DNA of 57,718 nucleotides from an uncultured bacterium. GTDB lineage: Bacteria > Krumholzibacteriota > Krumholzibacteriia > JAJRXK01. This document shows positions 53,451 to 57,718 of the stretch, one piece after another. Positions within the stretch are counted from its first letter, which is position 1; every line of letters starts with the position of its first letter. The position numbers were made by a program, and so were the translations under genes. The stretch spans positions 1 to 57,718 of the forward strand of contig CAZQHE010000007.1 of assembly GCA_964593155.1 (NCBI GenBank), in the 5' to 3' direction. Under the pieces are notes generated by a model that was not told the DNA's origin, did not search any database, and saw only the letters and a program-made list of their open reading frames with translations.

Positions 53451-56400
53451 ATGCGTGGTGTTCTTCGTCTCCCGAGCTGCGCGGCGATCACGACGATCGT
53501 CTTCGGGATCGTCCTCCTGGCCGGCACCGCCGGCGCCTCGTCCCAGCACACCCCCGGGATGAGCCTGACCGCCGAGATCCTCGCCGAGAACGCCCCGGCC
53601 CTGCAGGGGTCCGGTGCCACGACGGCGGCGGAGAGCGCATCCGACACCAGCGCGGCCGACAGTACGGCCGCCGGCACGCCCTCGCCCGTTCCGTCCAACG
53701 CCCCCGGAACCATCACCGGCCACGTGCGCGACGCAGAGTCGGGCCGGGGCCTGCCCTACACCAACATCATCCTCGATCGCGTTCGCGAGAGCGGCGATCC
53801 CGAGCAGACCGGCGGCAGCATCGCCCTGACCGGCGGGCAGTACTTCGCCCGCGTGGCGCCCGGTACCTACGAGGTGTCGTTCCTGTACCTGGGCTACGAG
53901 ACCTTCACGGCCGAGGACGTCGTCGTCGAGCCCGGCTCGACCGTGACGCTCGACGTCGAGATGACCGTGAAGCCGATCGAGTTCACGGCCATGACCGTCC
54001 AGGCGCAGAAGATCACCAACACCGCGGTGGCGCAGCTGCAGGAGAAGAAGCGCGCGACCGCGGTGCAGGAGGCGATCACCGCCGAGGAGATCAGCAAGAG
54101 CACCGACTCCGACGCCGCCGAGGCCCTCGAGCGCGTCACCGGCCTGAGCGTGGTGGGCGGCAAGTTCGTCTTCGTGCGCGGGCTCGGCGATCGGTACAGC
54201 TCGACCACGCTGAACGGCGCGCCCCTGAGTTCTCCCGAGCCCAGCCGAAACACCGTGCCGCTCGACATCTTTCCGGCGGCCATGCTCGACAACATCGTCG
54301 TGCAGAAGGCCTTCACGCCCGACATGGACGGGAACTTCGGCGGCGGCAACATCGACGTGCGCACCCGCCGCGGCGTGGACGAGCGCGTGTTCCAGCAGAA
54401 GATCTCCTACGGCTTCGACCAGAGCGTGATCGACAACGACTTCCTCACCTACGAGGGTGGCGCGACCGACCTGCTGGCGCGCGACGACGGCACGCGCGGA
54501 TTCCCCCGCCTGCTCGAGGCCTACGAGAACAAGAGCTTCACCGCGGCGAACGCCACCGAGGCCGAGCAGTTCGCCGCCACCTTCTCGTTCCCGAACGTCT
54601 GGACCCCGAAGCGCGTCGAGGGCCCGCCGAACTTCGGCTACTCCGGCCTGTTCAGTGATTCCTTCGAGATCGAGGGCCGCCGTGGCAGCGTGCTGGCGGC
54701 CGCGTCGTACAGCCACGGCGCCAAGACCGAGGACTACGAGCAGTACGTGATCCGTACCGACGAGATCGCCCCGCCCAAGCAGCAGGCCACCACCCTGCGC
54801 TCCGAGCGCTCCGTTCTGCTGGGCGTGACCGGCGCCGTCGTCTTCCAGCCGACCACCGGCACCAACCTGCAGTACAACGTGCTGTACACCCGCAGTGGCG
54901 AGGATCAGGCCTACACCTCGGTCGGCCGGACCGACAGCGAGGAGACCCAGTACCTCAGCCACACCCTGAAGTTCGTCGAGCGCGACCTGCTGACCCACGT
55001 CCTGCAGGGCCGCCACACCGTTGGTCCGCACGGCTCCGAACTGCACTGGATGGGCTCGACGTCGAGCGCGACCCGGAACGAGCCGGACAACCGCTACAGT
55101 CGATTCGCCTGGGCCAACAGCGACCGCCGCGTGAGCGACAGCGGCGAACAGTACAACGTGGGAGTGTGGACCCAGCCGAACATCGCCAGCGGCTTCCAGC
55201 GCCTGTTCGGGGAAACCGACGAGAACGCCCAGGCCTTCCGCGTGAACTGGGACCTGGTCCTGCCCGAGAAGCCGTGGGTGAAGCGTCGCCTGAAGCTCGG
55301 TTTCGGCTACCGCCAGCGCGAGCGCGACGAGGGCTACCGCCGCTTCCTCATCCGCAAGCCCTCGCCATCGGCCTACGTCGAGGCGGGCGGCGCAGGTCGG
55401 GCCGAGGACATCTTCGAGCTGTCGAGCTTCGCCGATCCCGTCGACGCCCTGCGCCTGTCGAAGACCGAGGAGTTGACCAACCCCTACGACGCGTACGACG
55501 CCCAGCAGGAGATCACCGCGCTCTACGCGATGCTCGACCTCGACTTCTTCGAGACCCTGCGCATGACTGGCGGTGCCCGCTTCGAGAGCAACCAGCAGGT
55601 CGCGAGTTCCCTGAGCCTGAACGGTGCCGAGGCCGGCCTGCCCAGTATCGAGGCCGACGCCAGCGCCGAGGACTGGCTGCCCGCGCTGAACCTGACGTGG
55701 CGCACCACCGACCGCATGCAGTTCCGCGGCGGCTACAGCCGCACTCTCAACCGTCCGCAGCTCCGCGAGCTCGCCGGCCTGCGCATCTTCGACTTCGACG
55801 CCGACGAGGTCGTGTCGGGCAATCCGTTCCTGCGGGCCGCCACCGTCGACGCCTTCGACTTCCGCTGGGAGATCTTCCCTGCGCCCCGCAGCTACGCCGC
55901 CCTGAGCTTCTTCGACAAGACCATCGACAACGCGATCCTCACCAACTTCACCAACCAGGCCGGTGGCGGCCTCGTGCTCTACCCCGCCAACGGTGAGCAG
56001 GACGGATCGCTGCGTGGCTGGGAGGTCGAGTGGCGCGGCCCGATCGACGACGTGCTGTGGGCCTCGCGCCAGGCCGCCGTGTCCGGGGCGTGGCTCGCCA
56101 CCCGCCCGTTCTGGCTGATCGGTCAGATCCCCGGCCTGTCCGCCCTCGGCGACTGGACCCCCGACCACCGCCTGACCGGCGCCGTCGAGGTGCCCGCTCT
56201 GCGCAACTGGGGTTTCACCTTCAACTACTCGGGGATCTCGTCGTCCATCGACCTCGATCCCGTGCGCGCCGAGAACGAGCTCTTCAACGTGGTCGATCCC
56301 GACGGCAACCCTCTGCCCAGCCCCGACGGCACCGAGGTCCAGGAGAACCGCCTGACCGGCCAGGCCGACTCGGCCTTCAATCTGGGCCTGTTCTACGGCA

Positions 56401-56690
56401 ACGGGAACCAGGACTTCTCGCTGCTGTTCAAGGACTTCGGACTGCGGCAGGAGTCGGCGGCCCTGCAGACCTTCGTCGATCCACCGCTCATCGTGGACGC
56501 GGCCTTCTCCACGCGGCTCGGCCCCAACGCCCGGCTGAAGTTGTCCGTCGAGGACATCTTTCCGCAGGACGTCGAGGAGTTCTACGACGACATCCTCATG
56601 GAGCGTGTCGACGGATCCACCTTCGACACCCGCCGCCTCGTCCGCGCGGTCGGCCCCAAGTACGGAGCTTCGATCAGTTACGACTTCTGA
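53451..56690 (+). CDS. TonB-dependent outer-membrane receptor with N-terminal carboxypeptidase-regulatory-like domain
   Basis: Signal peptide, GTITGHVRDAESG, plug ITAEEI...DAAEALERVTGLSV...VRGLGDRY...LDIFP, YSRTLNRPQ.RE, GNP.L, terminal YDF. Confidence 0.93.
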   Translation: MRGVLRLPSCAAITTIVFGIVLLAGTAGASSQHTPGMSLTAEILAENAPALQGSGATTAAESASDTSAADSTAAGTPSPVPSNAPGTITGHVRDAESGRGLPYTNIILDRVRESGDPEQTGGSIALTGGQYFARVAPGTYEVSFLYLGYETFTAEDVVVEPGSTVTLDVEMTVKPIEFTAMTVQAQKITNTAVAQLQEKKRATAVQEAITAEEISKSTDSDAAEALERVTGLSVVGGKFVFVRGLGDRYSSTTLNGAPLSSPEPSRNTVPLDIFPAAMLDNIVVQKAFTPDMDGNFGGGNIDVRTRRGVDERVFQQKISYGFDQSVIDNDFLTYEGGATDLLARDDGTRGFPRLLEAYENKSFTAANATEAEQFAATFSFPNVWTPKRVEGPPNFGYSGLFSDSFEIEGRRGSVLAAASYSHGAKTEDYEQYVIRTDEIAPPKQQATTLRSERSVLLGVTGAVVFQPTTGTNLQYNVLYTRSGEDQAYTSVGRTDSEETQYLSHTLKFVERDLLTHVLQGRHTVGPHGSELHWMGSTSSATRNEPDNRYSRFAWANSDRRVSDSGEQYNVGVWTQPNIASGFQRLFGETDENAQAFRVNWDLVLPEKPWVKRRLKLGFGYRQRERDEGYRRFLIRKPSPSAYVEAGGAGRAEDIFELSSFADPVDALRLSKTEELTNPYDAYDAQQEITALYAMLDLDFFETLRMTGGARFESNQQVASSLSLNGAEAGLPSIEADASAEDWLPALNLTWRTTDRMQFRGGYSRTLNRPQLRELAGLRIFDFDADEVVSGNPFLRAATVDAFDFRWEIFPAPRSYAALSFFDKTIDNAILTNFTNQAGGGLVLYPANGEQDGSLRGWEVEWRGPIDDVLWASRQAAVSGAWLATRPFWLIGQIPGLSALGDWTPDHRLTGAVEVPALRNWGFTFNYSGISSSIDLDPVRAENELFNVVDPDGNPLPSPDGTEVQENRLTGQADSAFNLGLFYGNGNQDFSLLFKDFGLRQESAALQTFVDPPLIVDAAFSTRLGPNARLKLSVEDIFPQDVEEFYDDILMERVDGSTFDTRRLVRAVGPKYGASISYDF

Positions 56691-56721
56691 TTCCCGGTGA
56701 TCCCCGGAAGGAACGATCCCC

Positions 56722-57663
56722 ATGAACCGCAACGTCGCGTTCGCACTCGTCGCGATCGTCCTGATCGTCGGTGCCGTCCTCTACTTCGGCGGGACCGGTG
56801 AAGACACCACGGACCTCGATTCCGACCCGACGTCCGAGGTCACCGACGCCGGCGATGCCGCCGCCGACGGTGCCGAGGAGTCGACGCCGACCTCCGACCC
56901 GGAGCCCGTCGGCGCCGTTGCCGAGTCGCAGCAGGAACCCGGTGTGATCTACGACGAGAACGGCGTCGCCGTCGGTGGCGTCGAGCCTCGACCCTCGGGC
57001 ACGCCGCTGAACATCGACTACATCATCGAGTACCACGAGAACCACACCTTCGTGAGCAACGACGGTCGCGACACCTTCACCGTCCCCCTGCCCGACGATC
57101 CTCGCTGGCCCGACTACCTGGAATTCCGCCGCGCGTTCCCCTCGATGAACGACAACTCCAAGGGCTATGCCATCGCCTACGACCCCGAATGGCGATCGGT
57201 GCTGCGCGGTTACCGCGAGGTCCCCGAACCCGGCATGGAGCTCTTCGGCGGCGCCGACACCCTCCGCGGACTGATCCAACGCGTACTCGACGAGATCGAG
57301 GCCGAGAACGACTACGGCCTCGTCGACCTCGCGATCACCAAGGAGGAGTTCGAGATCATCTGCTGGCCGTCGTTCCCCCAGGCCCGCCCCTACACCCTGG
57401 CCTACTGGACCGATGCGTGGCGCTTCCAGTACGCCAACATCCTGAGCGGGATCCGCGAGGGGAAGCTGGAGGCCGGTGGGCGCGGGTGGGATCTGGAGAG
57501 CATTGCGTACGACGAGATCGAGGACTTCCAGCACTTCCGTTTGTACAACGGCGTGAAGGTGCGGGCAAAGGATCGGGAGACGGGGGAGGTGCGGGAGTTT
57601 CGCTGGGTGGATTCGGTGATCGAGAAGAGCGGCACCTTCAAGGTCTACATGTATAAAAACTGA
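56722..57663 (+). CDS. Hypothetical protein with N-terminal membrane anchor and acidic linker
   Basis: Hydrophobic N-terminus, D/E/T/S-rich linker, globular C-terminus; starts 31 bp after the TBDR gene. Confidence 0.7.
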   Translation: MNRNVAFALVAIVLIVGAVLYFGGTGEDTTDLDSDPTSEVTDAGDAAADGAEESTPTSDPEPVGAVAESQQEPGVIYDENGVAVGGVEPRPSGTPLNIDYIIEYHENHTFVSNDGRDTFTVPLPDDPRWPDYLEFRRAFPSMNDNSKGYAIAYDPEWRSVLRGYREVPEPGMELFGGADTLRGLIQRVLDEIEAENDYGLVDLAITKEEFEIICWPSFPQARPYTLAYWTDAWRFQYANILSGIREGKLEAGGRGWDLESIAYDEIEDFQHFRLYNGVKVRAKDRETGEVREFRWVDSVIEKSGTFKVYMYKN

Positions 57664-57681
57664 TCTGCCTCGATGATTGTT

Positions 57682-57715
57682 CATGGCCCCGGATTCGCAA
57701 GGATCCGGGGTCATG
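57682..57715 (+). terminator. 15-bp stem-loop with GCAA tetraloop closing the TBDR locus
   Basis: CATGGCCCCGGATTC-GCAA-GGATCCGGGGTCATG. Confidence 0.65.
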
Positions 57716-57718
57716 CGT

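Noticed and set aside
49954-56732. Long minus-strand ORFs (1115 aa, 1159 aa) opposite the surface protein and TBDR
   Set aside because: Same antisense-frame artefact.

Overview
High-GC bacterial chromosome window spanning the replication origin. Leftward: dnaA-dnaN-recF-dciA-gyrB-gyrA. Rightward: rpmH-rnpA-yidD-yidC-jag-rsmG-parA-parB, then an M23 gene and a bactofilin gene. DnaA boxes, sigma70-type promoters and two parS-like sites are visible. The window also holds a biotin cluster (bioF divergent from a coupled bioZ-like/bioA/bioD/bioB operon), an atypical ECF-sigma-like gene, tRNA-Gln(UUG), a complete F-type ATP synthase operon, arfB and a group II PLP decarboxylase. It ends with a three-gene outer-membrane locus: an internally duplicated secreted protein, a TonB-dependent receptor and an unknown anchored protein, behind a Pho-box-like repeat. 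Gene order, outer-membrane proteins and C-terminal FlgD/T9SS-like domains suggest a diderm FCB-related lineage such as Latescibacterota/Krumholzibacteriota/Eisenbacteria (inference, no search run). No CRISPR array, IS element, integrase or rRNA was seen. Best leads: (1) a BioZ-type enzyme outside Alphaproteobacteria joined to Bacillus-like bio genes; (2) the putative phosphate-regulated TBDR locus, whose surface protein has a 373-bp exactly identical internal repeat and an apparently permuted domain order; (3) a zinc-ligand-dead M23 protein paired with bactofilin; (4) a degenerate ECF sigma with a small partner gene. Family names come from motif recognition and memory of reference proteins, not database searches. 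Many starts were moved from the ORF track to the codon supported by an RBS or homology.
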